DNA of 63,424 nt, counting the filler, from Choristocarpus tenellus KU-1152 (lineage: Eukaryota; Protista; Phaeophyceae), in NCBI GenBank assembly GCA_964200185.2. It is 12 parts of 12 records of this genome, joined end to end, with 100 filler letters (N's around TTAATTAATTAA, not from the genome) between each part and the next. Parts side by side here need not be neighbours in the genome. Positions count along the whole stretch, not along the records: positions 1 to 7,312 come from CAXNAD020006353.1; positions 7,413 to 12,346 come from CAXNAD020012477.1; 10 more parts are not named here. One strand, written 5' to 3'. Below are positions 1-11,451 of this stretch, in pieces. The stretch's first letter is position 1; each line of letters starts with the position of its first letter. Below the pieces are notes generated by a model, which searched no databases, had not been told where the DNA came from, and saw only the letters and a program-made list of their open reading frames with translations. The translations under genes were made by a program, and so were the position numbers.

Positions 1-1410
1 ATGGTAGGGACCTGATATTGGATCATCAGTATATATTATATATGGCAAATATGGTAAGTAGATATGATTATTTTCTGATTATCCATGTGGACGTTGCAAA
101 TTCTACAGGGTAGTCTGCACTGGTCTTACCCACGTTCTCAGTCAGCGGAATCGAGACCATAAGCCCTCTTGTAATATTAACTTTGCTTATCTACATTAAG
201 CTGTTCTTTGTCCTTCACCAAAGCACCAAAGCCGCGGGTCGAATGTGGGATACTTCAACAAAACGGAGATACGCAAGTGTTAACTATTTGCATTTTAAGA
301 CAGTTTTCGACCTTCTGCAATTCACCCATATTTCTGTGGATGAAATGCTAAGTTTGACTTCAGATGGTATATTTCTCTGTTGTTCGAAACTTTCGACAGA
401 ATTCAGAAAAACCTATACCTATTTGCAAAAAATGCCAAATATTGCCCATATTTGTCAACATCCTAAAGATGCAACTCTGGGTACCTCTCGTTTCCTTTGA
501 CTCTCTCACCGAACGGTCATCGCAAAATTTTCCCCTTGAGTCCAACCTCTCACACAAACCTCGCCCCATCATTTATCCTCCTAATTTCGGAGCCATACGA
601 AGCTTCACATTGGGAGACAAGCTTTAGGAGGAAGGGAGGGAGGGAGACTCTCACCTTCCATTCCTCATTGCATCACCATTTTATCGTCAGATTAAGTACT
701 AGTATGTCACCTTCATGCAACTACGACTACTCTTTGATTTGATATACTCACTACTCTCCCTTTTTGAGTAGTGGTATACTATCTCGACAGATAGCTTCCG
801 TAGGGGGGTAGAAAGAAGAAGAGGAGAAGGGAGTTATCCTATCTCAGGAAGGGTGTCGTTGAACATTTGGAGTCCTTGCTACTACCTCCTGGCACACTTG
901 TTTCTAGCGCTCTGGCGAACGATTTCGCGCTTAGGTTGAAGAGCAAACGTATTTCTTCTACGGTCACAGCCTCTCTTGAGGAGGGTTAGCCGCAATTCCG
1001 GCATGGGAAAAGGCGTCAGGCAGAAGGTGTATATAACGTCTTGAACGATCAAAGGGTTTACATAGACCCCCCTCTGAAATAAGATGGTTCACACGAAGAA
1101 GGGGGAGGGAGCAAGAGAGACAGATGCCAACGTGGACAATTTGATGGTGGAGCAATTTTCGGTTAGCGCACGTTGTGTAACATGTAAATAGCCCCAAGCT
1201 TTTGCTGGATAATATATGTTACCAAGCAGATAAGGTTGACCATATACGGATCAACGGACGTTGCCGAGCAAATGGCGCTGTTCCTTCGCTGGACAACTTA
1301 CTGCATCTGCGAGTGTTGTCGTGGATGACGGACATCTGGGTTCTTTTTATTAGCCTTTTTTCTTCTTTCTTCTGATACATTTCTTTACTTGATGCTTTCT
1401 CCGTTTTTCA

Positions 1411-1588
1411 GACCCAAAGTATCTGGGGGGCAGGGGGGGTCTTCACCAGAGTGTCCATTTGGGGCAAAACCAGGAAAAGTGCACTTTCATTATCCTTCCA
1501 ATGTATGGAACCAAATCACCCAAAAATCGCGATATGAAAAAATTGGTCCCAAATGGACAGCTGCCATCCCTCCCAGACACTTTGAGCC
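1411..1588. mobile_element. MITE family 2, complete copy (~180 bp, poly-G/poly-C inside the TIRs)
   Basis: Ends GACCCAAAGTATCTGGG...CCCAGACACTTTGAGCC; subterminal inverted GTCCATTTGGGG/CCCAAATGGAC; flanks TTCA/TTTA (4-bp TSD, 1 mismatch); homologous to 41288-41474 and 42616-42792. Confidence 0.8.
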
Positions 1589-2437
1589 TTTAGCTCTGAC
1601 CATGACTTGAGAAGATCAGACTAAAGTACGAAACAGTTTTTAAAAATTGAGGAGATGTCCGCTGGTAGGTATTGTTCTAAACGAAGTATCGTACAGGGCA
1701 AATATTGATTCGAGCGATATGTGGACAAGGACAAATTAGATCATCTGGGCCTCAGATATTTTCATGGTGACGAACGATATAGAGCAAATTTGCTCTAACT
1801 TTGTTGTGGATAGCTATGGTCACGGAACCGAATGGGGGTGAATGTTCCAGGGAACACTAGCGTTGAGTGTTATTTTGTTCTGAATGTTAACCTTTCTTCA
1901 ATTTTCTACCTAGATTGCAACAAGATATAATTCCCAGTGATTATGTGCCACTTTTCGATGAAAAGTAGTACTTCTGGAAACTCTAAAGTGCAGAAAAAAC
2001 AAGCCACTGAACGAGTGCCATCTAAGCTGTACTGAACTGAAATGGATTAGCATCATATGATGTTGAAAATATTAACAATCAGGACACTGATACAATGCAG
2101 AACATACTTAACGTAGTGCACTATTAACGTAGAAGTGTAATTTGTCTCTAATAAACTGTGATGGGGCCTATTTCTATTGTTCTAGATTCAAACATCATCA
2201 AGGTATTTGGAGTTTGTGTGGTTTCATATATACCGTAGTGTATACGCTACACAGTATATTATTATGCTGTACCCACACACAGGTGACAATATATATTGAT
2301 AGCAGTGTAGCACTATAATAGTACCCACCCTTTTCGTCCACTTGAAAGAGCTATCAAAAGAACATGTGTGCACAACAGGTTATCCACTTTCTCTCTCCTC
2401 ATAGATGTTCATGCGGAATGATCCAATACTATGCTAA

Positions 2438-2493
2438 TGTTACAGCACGATCCAAAAGCTTTGTTACAGCACGATCCAAAAGCTTTGTTACAG
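2438..2493 (+). repeat. 24-bp tandem duplication TGTTACAGCACGATCCAAAAGCTT x2.3
   Basis: Exact repeat read directly; runs into the start of the following LTR-like unit. Confidence 0.9.
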
Positions 2494-2782
2494 GCGCCCC
2501 AGAAAGCTCACCTCCACAGGATATATAGCTCCAATCTACGGGCTTATAGATGATACTGATGTACGTAAAGGATTCCTGATGCATAAGTCGTCAAGTATGC
2601 TGGATCTCTCACTTGGATTATCACCAATATCATCGTATAAGAAAGGAACTGATACGATGTCTTATCGCAATCGGGGACCATAATGACCAAATAATAAATG
2701 TCAAGAAGTACAAATATATCAAATCTAAAACTTCAATGTCATAATGGTGTTTATGAAACCGCCATCACGACATATTGTCACA
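2486..2782 (+). mobile_element. Solo-LTR-like repeat, family A (~300 bp, TGTTACA...TGTCACA)
   Basis: TG...CA termini with 7-bp inverted ends; homologous to 3245-3335, inverted 3818-4100, inverted 6602-6912, inverted 7249-7312 and 30763-30865. Confidence 0.65.
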
Positions 2783-3008
2783 GGCAAATAGCGCAAGTAC
2801 TTCTTCCCACGCTTTAACCGGCGCGAGCAGTGTACGCGCGTGGGGAACCCCAAAAGGGGGAACTCCGATTTGCCAAAAAGTTACTGAATAAAATCTGTAA
2901 CTCTCAGGAAAGTCGCAAAAGGGCCTCAGGTGGAAAGGTCGCAAAGGTTCTCAGATATATTCCAATGTCTGTAAACCAGAAGAAGTCCCAACGGTAAATG
3001 ATGATAAG
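2776..3008 (+). mobile_element. Solo-LTR-like repeat, family B
   Basis: Starts TGTCACAGGCAAATAGCGC; inverted homolog at 3454-3656 and a related start at 7118. Confidence 0.5.
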
Positions 3009-3169
3009 AAATCCTAAAAACGGCTCCAAACGGCTCAGTTCTTCTGACCTACAGGACCCACCTATTCAGTTTTTGTTCCTTATATCTCTCTTGGCTGATA
3101 CTGTTACACACACTTCTTCGTGCTACTTGGTTGACCTGAGAGTACTCCTGTTCTGCTGAGATGACGTGC

Positions 3170-3335
3170 GTTGATCTGTGCATTGGATTTGAGTTGTACA
3201 TCCTGTGGAGGTGAGCTCCGAAGGGCGCCTGTAAAAATATCGCCTGTGACAGCTTACCTCCACGGGATGTATAGCTCCAATCCACAGGCCTATAGATGGC
3301 GCGCTGATGCTTGTACAGGACTCCCAGGATACTCA
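3170..3335. mobile_element. Two back-to-back family A LTR 5' fragments (inverted 3170-3235, forward 3245-3335)
   Basis: Both carry the ACCTCCAC(A/G)GGATGTA...CTC(C/A)AATCCA core; forward copy nearly identical to 30783-30863. Confidence 0.6.
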
Positions 3336-3453
3336 GACAGTCAAAAGTCCGACACGGAGGACAAATATCAGGTCATTAGACAAAGTTACTATTCTGAATC
3401 AATAACCACGTCTGTAAGAATATGTATCAGATAGAGTGATATGTGTTTATCTC

Positions 3454-3656
3454 TGTTATCATCATCTACCGTTTATTTGTTCTGGTGTACAGACGTTGAA
3501 ATACATCTGAAAACCGTTGTATGCGTTCCCAAGTTACAGATCTTACTTTGCAACTTTTAGCAATCGGAGTTCCCGCTTTTGGGATTCCACATGCCCGTAC
3601 ACTGCTCGCACTGCTTAGCGCACGGGAAGAAATACTTGCGCTGTTCGCTGGTAACA
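3454..3656 (-). mobile_element. Solo-LTR-like repeat, family B (inverted)
   Basis: Reverse complement aligns to 2776-3008 (GCGCAAGTA..., GAGCAGTGTACG, GGGAACTCCGATT, ATCTGTAACT). Confidence 0.55.
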
Positions 3657-3817
3657 CTAATGGTTGGGAATATTGAAGGCTCATATAGATCAAACCTCAT
3701 ATCTGAGCTTGGACAATTATCCTGTAATATACTGAGTTAACAACTGCGATGGTTACTCTCCACAAAAAATGCGACACTTCAGTCAATATTGTGCTGGGTC
3801 AGATTACTCACCATTAC

Positions 3818-4100
3818 TATTACAGGCCATACGTGTTGATGACGGTTTCATAAACCATAATGACCTTAACGTCCTAGATTTTATTTATTTGTACTTAGTG
3901 ACTTTTTTTTGTCATTATGGTCCCCCATTTCCTTATATATATGATGATTGATACTTATGAAGATAATAATCGAAGGGAGAGATACAGCATACTTGGCGAC
4001 TTATGCATCAGGAGTCCTGTACATGCATCAGCACCATCTATAGGCTTGTGGACTGGAGCTATACATCCCGTGAAGACAAGCTATGGAGCATGCTGTAACA
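3818..4100 (-). mobile_element. Solo-LTR-like repeat, family A (inverted)
   Basis: Minus strand starts TGTTACAGCATGCTCC and aligns along 2486-2782. Confidence 0.6.
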
Positions 4101-4921
4101 GATACCAGTAGGCTGAAGCGACCGGTTGTGGCTACTGAAGTTGAAAAGAAGAACGATCGAGCCAAGAAAAGCTGTCTGGGATCACTAAGCAGTACTGAAT
4201 TTACTGATATGTTGCCAGCTTCGCAAACGACGGCCAAGTAGAAGATGTGGATCTAGGCAACAATTACGAATATGATGGAAGAGGTACTTCTGCAAACTGG
4301 TCATATCTCATCAGTTCGGAAAGGCTCGGTGACCACTGAAAGCAATTTTCAAAGCCAAACCTGAAACTGAACAAATATTGCAAGGTTTTGCAATGAACAG
4401 CCGACTTCAAAATTGAGGATGGAGCTTTTCATTGAGGATGGGCTTGACCCAGAATTGACTGGGATAAAGTGTCGATATGTTTTTAAAACCCCAAATATAT
4501 GAGAGACCACAGACCACTGATGACAGAAATGCAGTCATCGTCCACTGTTTGAAAAAAGGGCCCGTGACGATTGGATGACCATTTTGCAAACTAAGCTCTA
4601 GCAAGTCCTTTAAGTACCTGATGATGTGGGTGGTGTTGACCTCAAGAGAGACTGAAATTGTTTTTTTTTGTTTTGGATCGCAAAGATTAAAAGACAACCA
4701 ATTTAGGTATCAGGGGGCTTACCTGACCCACAAAAAATATGATATGGAATAATAATAATACACTGGCAGATATTTCACAGACTAAACAGAATATATCACC
4801 TAGTTCAGGTTCATGCAGGCGCTTATGAAACTACCTTGAGGGGCTTGTATTCTACATGTAATAGATACGTAGTTGTTTTTTTTGTATCACTGGTAATAAA
4901 GAATAACAAAAATGAAAGCAG

Positions 4922-4931
4922 AAAAATAAAA
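4922..4931 (-). terminator. Pol III terminator (TTTTATTTTT) of tRNA-Lys
   Basis: T-runs 5 nt downstream of the tRNA 3' end on the minus strand. Confidence 0.7.
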
Positions 4932-4936
4932 TTCAA

Positions 4937-5009
4937 CACCGAAGGTGGGGCTCGAACCCACGACCATACGATTAAAAGTCGTACGCTCTACCGACTGAGC
5001 TACCCCGGC
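4937..5009 (-). tRNA. tRNA-Lys(UUU): tRNA-Lys (anticodon UUU), 73 nt, no intron
   Basis: GCCGGGGTAGCTCAGTCGGTAGAGCGTACGACTTTTAATCGTATGGTCGTGGGTTCGAGCCCCACCTTCGGTG folds as a cloverleaf: D stem GCTC/GAGC, anticodon stem TACGA/TCGTA with loop CTTTTAA, T stem GTGGG/CCCAC with TTCGAGC. Confidence 0.95.
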
Positions 5010-5419
5010 TTAGAATTACAATTGAAATTGTTAAAATTTAATTTGGCTTCCACAACATTCTACACTTCACTTAATGTACTAAGGTCGCCCTTATCCATCA
5101 TCACCACCACCATCACTGTCTGCTGAATGCTGTTTTCTCACTGGGCTTATTCTCTTGCACCCTCTGCTCGTTTTCTTGCTTCTCTTCTTCCCCTTGTGTT
5201 TTTTTTTCATTATGGTGCTTTTCTCCTACAGGTTCTATTCTTCCTTCTCATTTCTTTCTTATCTACTCTATCATTTTCTTGTCTTTTTCCTACACCGTTC
5301 TGTTTTCTTTCTTGATCCTTATTGCTCTCTTTCTCAAACAGTATGCATTGCCTTGTTTGGGCTACTTTTTCAACCAATCCCTTACACTAATGTAATGATT
5401 AAGTCGCAATAATTATTAT

Positions 5420-5667
5420 GATACTAACGCATGTGGTAGGGGGGAGAGGGACAGGAAGCTACAGCAGAAAAGGGGCTGTAAAATCCCGTCTACGCTGGGT
5501 AGTCTCAGCTACAAAGCAAGTAGCACAATCTAGACGTGTTGTGCGTTTTAAGCTGGAGACACCAGGGAAATGGGCAAGGAGGGGCTTGTTAGATTCTTGG
5601 GATACTTCACTAGCTCCTCACCCTGGGTTACAGAACTAAGCTAGGTTGGAGGCACAGAAAGGAAATG
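5420..5667 (+). mobile_element. 3' end of CRE-like non-LTR retrotransposon (5'-truncated)
   Basis: THVVGGRGTGSYSRKGAVKSRL...; clear nucleotide homology to the reverse complement of 17035-17270. Confidence 0.6.
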
Positions 5668-6601
5668 GTGCAGCATACCTGATAGTAAAATAGATTATAG
5701 AAAAATGTATTTCACATTTATGACAACTATTACCTTTTTAGGGTTTTTTCTGACATCTTAAAAGGTTTTCCTTGTTTTTTTCCCTGACACACCTGGAAAA
5801 TGTCTGAGGGCATAATAATATAAATAATAACAACAATGGTGACTATAATCATAAAATTATATCAATAATAATAATATGTGGAAACCATGGTTGTCTGATA
5901 TCATACCGAAATTGCCGTATGTCGTGTCGTATACTGTTAGATCGATTGAGATTTCTTTTCGGGAATCCTGGATTCCAGTGGAGGGTCTTTGGTGAAACTG
6001 AACCATGGAATCTCTTTAAGAGACCAGTGCCACAGATAGTTGACTTCTCTTCAATCACAAATTCTAAGCATCAAAGAATCTCTTCGACATCACACCTTTT
6101 GACCCTGATGATCCACCTTCTCATGAGATTCTCCACACTCTGCAGTTCTTGCACTTATCCAACCTTAATCTCGTCCTCTCAGTTACGTTCGTCTTGGTCT
6201 ATCTGGTCCGTCTGATCTGTCTTGCCCAGTGATTCTCTTCGCCACCTCAAGTCTGATGAACCGCATGACCACAGAATTATCTAACCCTAACCAGTGAATT
6301 TAGATATAAGGTGGTAGGACAAATTTTGACCACTCGATAACATGCCTAACGAAAAAGCTAGAAGAGGACTCCATCATCGGGAATAACATCTGGCTAATGT
6401 TTTGTTGAGGAGACAACAGAGGAGAAACAAAAGTTGACAAAAGCCAGTCAGTCCAAGATAAGGAGTCATTGGCAAATCATGACTTAGGCACAGGTTGTTC
6501 CTCTAACTCCTCCTCCTCGTCATCTAACAGATCAGAGTTCTGCACAGATTGTAGACAAGGATTCCCCCTATCCCCTCCACCGGATCTGATACAGGAGCAG
6601 T

Positions 6602-6912
6602 TCTCACAGGCAATGTGTCTCAAGGAGGTTTCATAAACGGCATTGTGACCTTGAAGTCCTAGCCATTATGCATCGTACTTAACGTATTTATCATTTACTC
6701 ATTATGATGCCGTATATAGGTCATTCTTGTTTGTTAACTCCTTTTATATGCCCCAATTCAAATGGATAAAGTGAACAGTCGATGTGAGAGACCCAGCATA
6801 TTTGATTACATTTCCTTTATGACCCCCTCTACAACCCTCGTGTTCAGTCGACAGGCTTGTGGATTGGAGGTACATATCTCATCATGGCAAAGTTGCGGAG
6901 TGTATTGTAACA
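6602..6912 (-). mobile_element. Solo LTR family A (inverted) with 4-bp TSD
   Basis: Minus strand starts TGTTACA; aligns to 2486-2782; both flanks are CAGT (6598-6601 and 6913-6916). Confidence 0.65.
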
Positions 6913-7117
6913 CAGTGTCGTTGACCTTTGCGCAACGTGACAACTCAGCCGACGGTGATACCCATCGTGTCCTTAAAAAAAATAACGGCAACAATGCACT
7001 ATTGAAATGCCTGCACAATTGTGTAGGAGTAAAAACAGTAGTTCATAGCAATATATCCCATTTTGTTTTTACGAAACTAAATGATAGATAGGCACGAAAC
7101 GTGCTCTCTAGGACATT

Positions 7118-7312
7118 TGTTACAGGCGAATAGCGCGAGCATTTTTTCTCACGTTTTAGCAAACACGAATATTTGTAACATACATACAGTGTGAGGATTG
7201 TTTCTCGTGTTCTAACAAGAGCGAACAATATACGATATTTGTAACACATGTCACAGACGATATGTCTTGATGGCGGTTTCATAAACACCATTATGACATT
7301 TAAGTTCTAGAT
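7118..7312. mobile_element. Family B LTR-like fragment (7118-7246) abutting the 3' end of an inverted family A LTR (7249-7312, cut by contig end)
   Basis: TGTTACAGGCGAATAGCGC...TGTAACA, then TGTCACAGACGATATGTC...GGCGGTTTCATAAACACCATTATGAC, the reverse complement of about 2722-2782. Confidence 0.55.
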
Positions 7313-7412
7313 NNNNNNNNNNNNNNNNNNNNNNNNNNNNNNNNNNNNNNNNNNNNTTAATTAATTAANNNNNNNNNNNNNNNNNNNNNNNNNNNNNNNN
7401 NNNNNNNNNNNN
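7313..7412. other. Artificial contig-joining spacer (first of 11)
   Basis: N44-TTAATTAATTAA-N44 (stops in all six frames). Also at 12347-12446, 15321-15420, 29485-29584, 37736-37835, 41151-41250, 45078-45177, 47965-48064, 52850-52949, 57337-57436, 60372-60471. Confidence 0.99.
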
Positions 7413-7511
7413 GTTGATGTATTCTTCACCCGGCTACCTTTGGCCCTGCCCCAGGCGCATCTCCACCCCCCCGTTGTTTATGCCCCCCCCCCCCCCCCCC
7501 TCTACCCTCAC

Positions 7512-8822
7512 ATGCTGTAACTGACAGGTGCAATGTCCATCACCACCAGTCCTTCTACAACATCCGGGTGCAGCAAAGCCGTCATGGCAGCAGCCTTGCC
7601 CCCCATGCTATGCCCCACCAACACAGCTCTTGATAATCCCTGGCATCAACGGAACAGTGGCTAATAGTAATTATTTTTTTAATAATAGTAGAAAGATATT
7701 GGTGTTGGTTTACTCTTGCAATTACGCAAAGCATGTGAGTGCTCAAGTAGAAAACTCTACAGGTGTTTTGTTTGTTTCTAGTACACACACACACACACAC
7801 ACGCGCACATTGGGTTGTCTCTCTGCATGCACACAGCAGTATCTCAGACACAAACTGCTTCACAGTGCCAGATGCATAACGCAACACCAACCGGTTCACC
7901 TGGTCGGCTAGAAAGCCAAGCACATCGTCTGCCATTTCTTCATAGGTCATGCTGTCACAGTGTGAACTTCCTCCATGATTACGCATGTCTACGGCAAAGA
8001 GTCGTCTGTCCCTCTCAAGTATCTTTGAAATACAGTCAGATTGGTCACGAGGATGGTAGCGAGGGGAAGAGAGGGCGAGTGGGGGCATGTAGAGGAGAAT
8101 CACGCGAAAAAAATGGAGTTATGTCTCACTTCTAAAAGGTTCGAAAGGCTGAACTGACTCAACAAAAAGCAATGGCAAGAGAAGGAGAGACCTGTGCACA
8201 TGTATATATTGTACGGGTTGGTGGAATCTGGTCTAAGCATTACTCGGAAGATCATAGAGGAGAACCCTCGACTTGAAACTAGAAAAAGACCGATTGTTTC
8301 TGGATATGCGAAGTGTGGAATCCAGAGGCATACGGCACAAAGCTGCTGTTCTACGATCACGCTGAAGGTCGGTGGTGTCGTGTCTTGATGTTCGCGTGCC
8401 AGAGCAAAATTTGGACCAAAAATACACTCTATGTGAAGGTTATGGATCAGGTTACAGTGCACAATCAAGAATAAGGTCAAACCTGTCAAGTATTCCAGGA
8501 GCTCCCAAGTCGCACATTGTGCCAACAAGAGTTGCGTACACTAGTCTTTGCAGCATTTTGAAATAGCACACATAACAAGTATGTAGTTACACTGCACCTT
8601 AAGGAGCTTCAAACCCCACCCTTGAAAGTTGCGGGCATTTCCCAGCAGCCCGTGCATGACGATTATTGGAGTAGATACCCCATCTCCCATCGCAGGGGTA
8701 TCGGGATTAAAGTCGATAAAGTTTAGCCTCGCTGCTGTGGCCGGACGAGACCGCTCTATCGTAGTTGGGGCTGTGGTCAATGTCCCTACTTGTAAACCCT
8801 TCGTTAATCTCGTCGCACTCAT
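7512..8822 (-). CDS. ABHD11: ABHD11/YbfF-like alpha/beta hydrolase, 5' part (exons 8822-8598, 8022-7900, 7639-7512; rest lost at contig end; an upstream exon is possible via the acceptor near 8852)
   Basis: In-phase GT-AG joins give IIVMHGLLGNARNF, FAVDMRNHGGS, MTYEEMADDV, VLVGHSMGGK (nucleophile elbow), LVVMDIAPVSY. Confidence 0.88.
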
Positions 8823-9785
8823 TTTCGGGGCGTAGCAAGCAGTGTATCCAACTGTAAGGGAAGAAATGGAAGTTCGGTCGGAGCATTAAGGCAACATAAG
8901 TCCACCAGTATCGAAGACTGTAAGACATTCCTTTCAATGGCTTCTTGGTCACATTGAGACTTGAGTTTTAAACAGTGCACCATGTAGTACGGTCTACCCT
9001 ACGTTATGTACAATTAATAGCGGTGAAATCTTTCGCCTGAGAGTTTTGACGGTTGGCTAATTGTGGGTCTGGAGATCTCCTTGAGAGAGCCCATGGACCG
9101 GCAGCGGTGAGTCCGGCTAAACTTTGCTACCGTTCCCACCGCATGTCCCGGCCACTGGGGAAAGAAGGCCAAGCACCTGGGGTTCCCAAAGCACAAAACA
9201 GAGAGGTATTATAGCTTAATGAGTGTTGAAGACAGCGCGAAAAGGGTACGGAGAAGTCAGCAAGTTGAATAGTGTTTGTTGGTGATGATACTGACATATT
9301 TTAAAAATTCCATGGCAACATAGAAGCTAGTGCCTTCCCAGTCAATCGTAGAAACAGGACAAATGAAGAAATCCACATCTGAACCATACATGGTAAATAT
9401 GTCATGGGAGAGGGTTCCAATCTCTCCATAGCATGAGAGAAAAGAGACCCTCGACCAAACTAACCAAGTATTCTTTGATATTTCACCACCCGGGTTACAC
9501 ACCTCGACGCCAGCATCCAGAACCCGACCGCAAGGGCTGCTATACGAGGGTTATAGCAACAACCTCTCTCCATCAATGACTCTCTGTCAACCCGAAGTGT
9601 TGTTTCCTCTCAAACTCACTCTTCACTCCCTGTTTGCAACTTACCAATACATCAACTTCGTTCAGTACGAAACTTGGTGTGTTTCTCCGGGATATATTCT
9701 CCCGTCAGGTTCCACCGAGATCATCTTTCTCATACAAGAACATGATACATGATATCTCACCTTTCAATGCATCGCCAGTAGATCC

Positions 9786-11420
9786 ATGTCGGCATGTGAT
9801 GGAAATCCGAGCTCTTGCGAAATCCCGTCGGTGCTTGTGGCCTGGGATTTCGACTGGTGGGTTGGAACGGAGAGATTTGGGTGTAACAATACTTGCGAAA
9901 GCGGGGTAAACTACGCTATGTTGCATTCGGTCTTCGTCTTTGTCTCATTCTTATCTCTGTCCGGATTCTCCTTGGTGGAAGGTCTCTCATCAACGAGAAT
10001 AGTGACACATGGGTGGTGGAGCAGCTGGGGCCGGAATTTGTCCCTGAATTCAAACGCTTGGTCGTAGAGGAAGGATTGGGATGGACGCAGGTCATGGCAA
10101 ACCAGATGAAAACATTGTGGCAGAAGGGGGTGAGAAACAGGCGCACAAGTCGAGACATTTAGTCGAGTAAGCTAGACCATTTCAGAGTTAGCAGTGTTTA
10201 CTCGATAGTACTTGTCTTTCCTTTGAAAACTGAGAACGGTAGGGGCTTGACACTCTCAGCTACTAGTGCCTTCCATGCTGCAACTGCCCAAAAGGCATTG
10301 ACATGCTTGATCCGTGGTTCTTTCTAGCCCTGAAGGACATACCCACTCTCCACTTTCTGAACCCATGCATCACCCACGCAGCCCTTATCCTTCAATTGGA
10401 GTAGACTTTTACCCTACCAGTTGTGGGAGATATACAAGTGGTGTGCTGAACAGCATACATCCCCACACTACGGTCGTATTTTGACTCGCATCAGGTGACG
10501 GAGAAGGAGATTCGATGGAGCATGACTCGCATACCTATCTTAAAGATGATGTTCGACGCTGTATGTCTAGCCGGTAGAGCAGGGGCAGAACAAGCAATCG
10601 TATCTGACGCCAATACTGTGAGGCTCGATATTTCTTTGAGTGGCAATGACATGCATTTTCGCTGCTTTTCGGCTGTCCCCCCAGGCGCCATATCGTTTCC
10701 TCTTGTTCATTTGTCAACTACCCTTTTCCTTAAGCACACCAAACTGAGGCACTTAATTGTAGTGCAATGTTTCCCTCCACAAGGCATGTGTGTTCCTATG
10801 GTAAGGAACCAATCGTGGCACAATATCGTAGTATGTTGCAAAATAGTTTTCAAAATCTACACATGGGATAGCCCACTTGAATTCATCCCCAAGGTGATCA
10901 TCATTTCAAAGCTTTGTAGTCGTGGAGGGTCGGCAGCGCTATTGATGCTGATATCATAAGGCCCATCAACTCCTTCCCACCAACAGTTCTACCCAATAGC
11001 CATGGTATACTTTTTTGGTCCCTATGTTCGTCCTACTCTGTTGAGTCCCTGTTTGTTCAACTTCTACAAGGTCTGTGACACATTCCCAAGACATTTATTT
11101 CAAGTCTGCATTCCTTTTATTGGTATCGTATATGCTTTTGACAGGTATTCATTGAACAAGTCTTATCACACCATGGCCTACGGCCACTCTTCACCAAGGG
11201 AATTCACACAAATAGTGGTGCCTTCAAGGAGGATGGGCGATTGGATATTGGACCACACTGGGCGAAAGAATCTCCACACGGCTGCCCTCGTTGCCCACCC
11301 AACATGTGCAAAGGTGCCCCACCCTCACCCCCTCTCCCTCTTGCGCTCCCACTCTCTACTTTCATTCAAGGATATCATCCCATTGCTCTACTTTATAGCA
11401 ACTATGGACAATCATTTTGA

Positions 11421-11451
<31 letters not shown>

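Noticed and set aside
2486-6912. TGTNACA-bounded repeats as tyrosine-recombinase (DIRS/Crypton) elements
   Set aside because: No recombinase ORF seen, and the 6602-6912 copy has a 4-bp TSD (CAGT) as expected for an integrase-generated solo LTR
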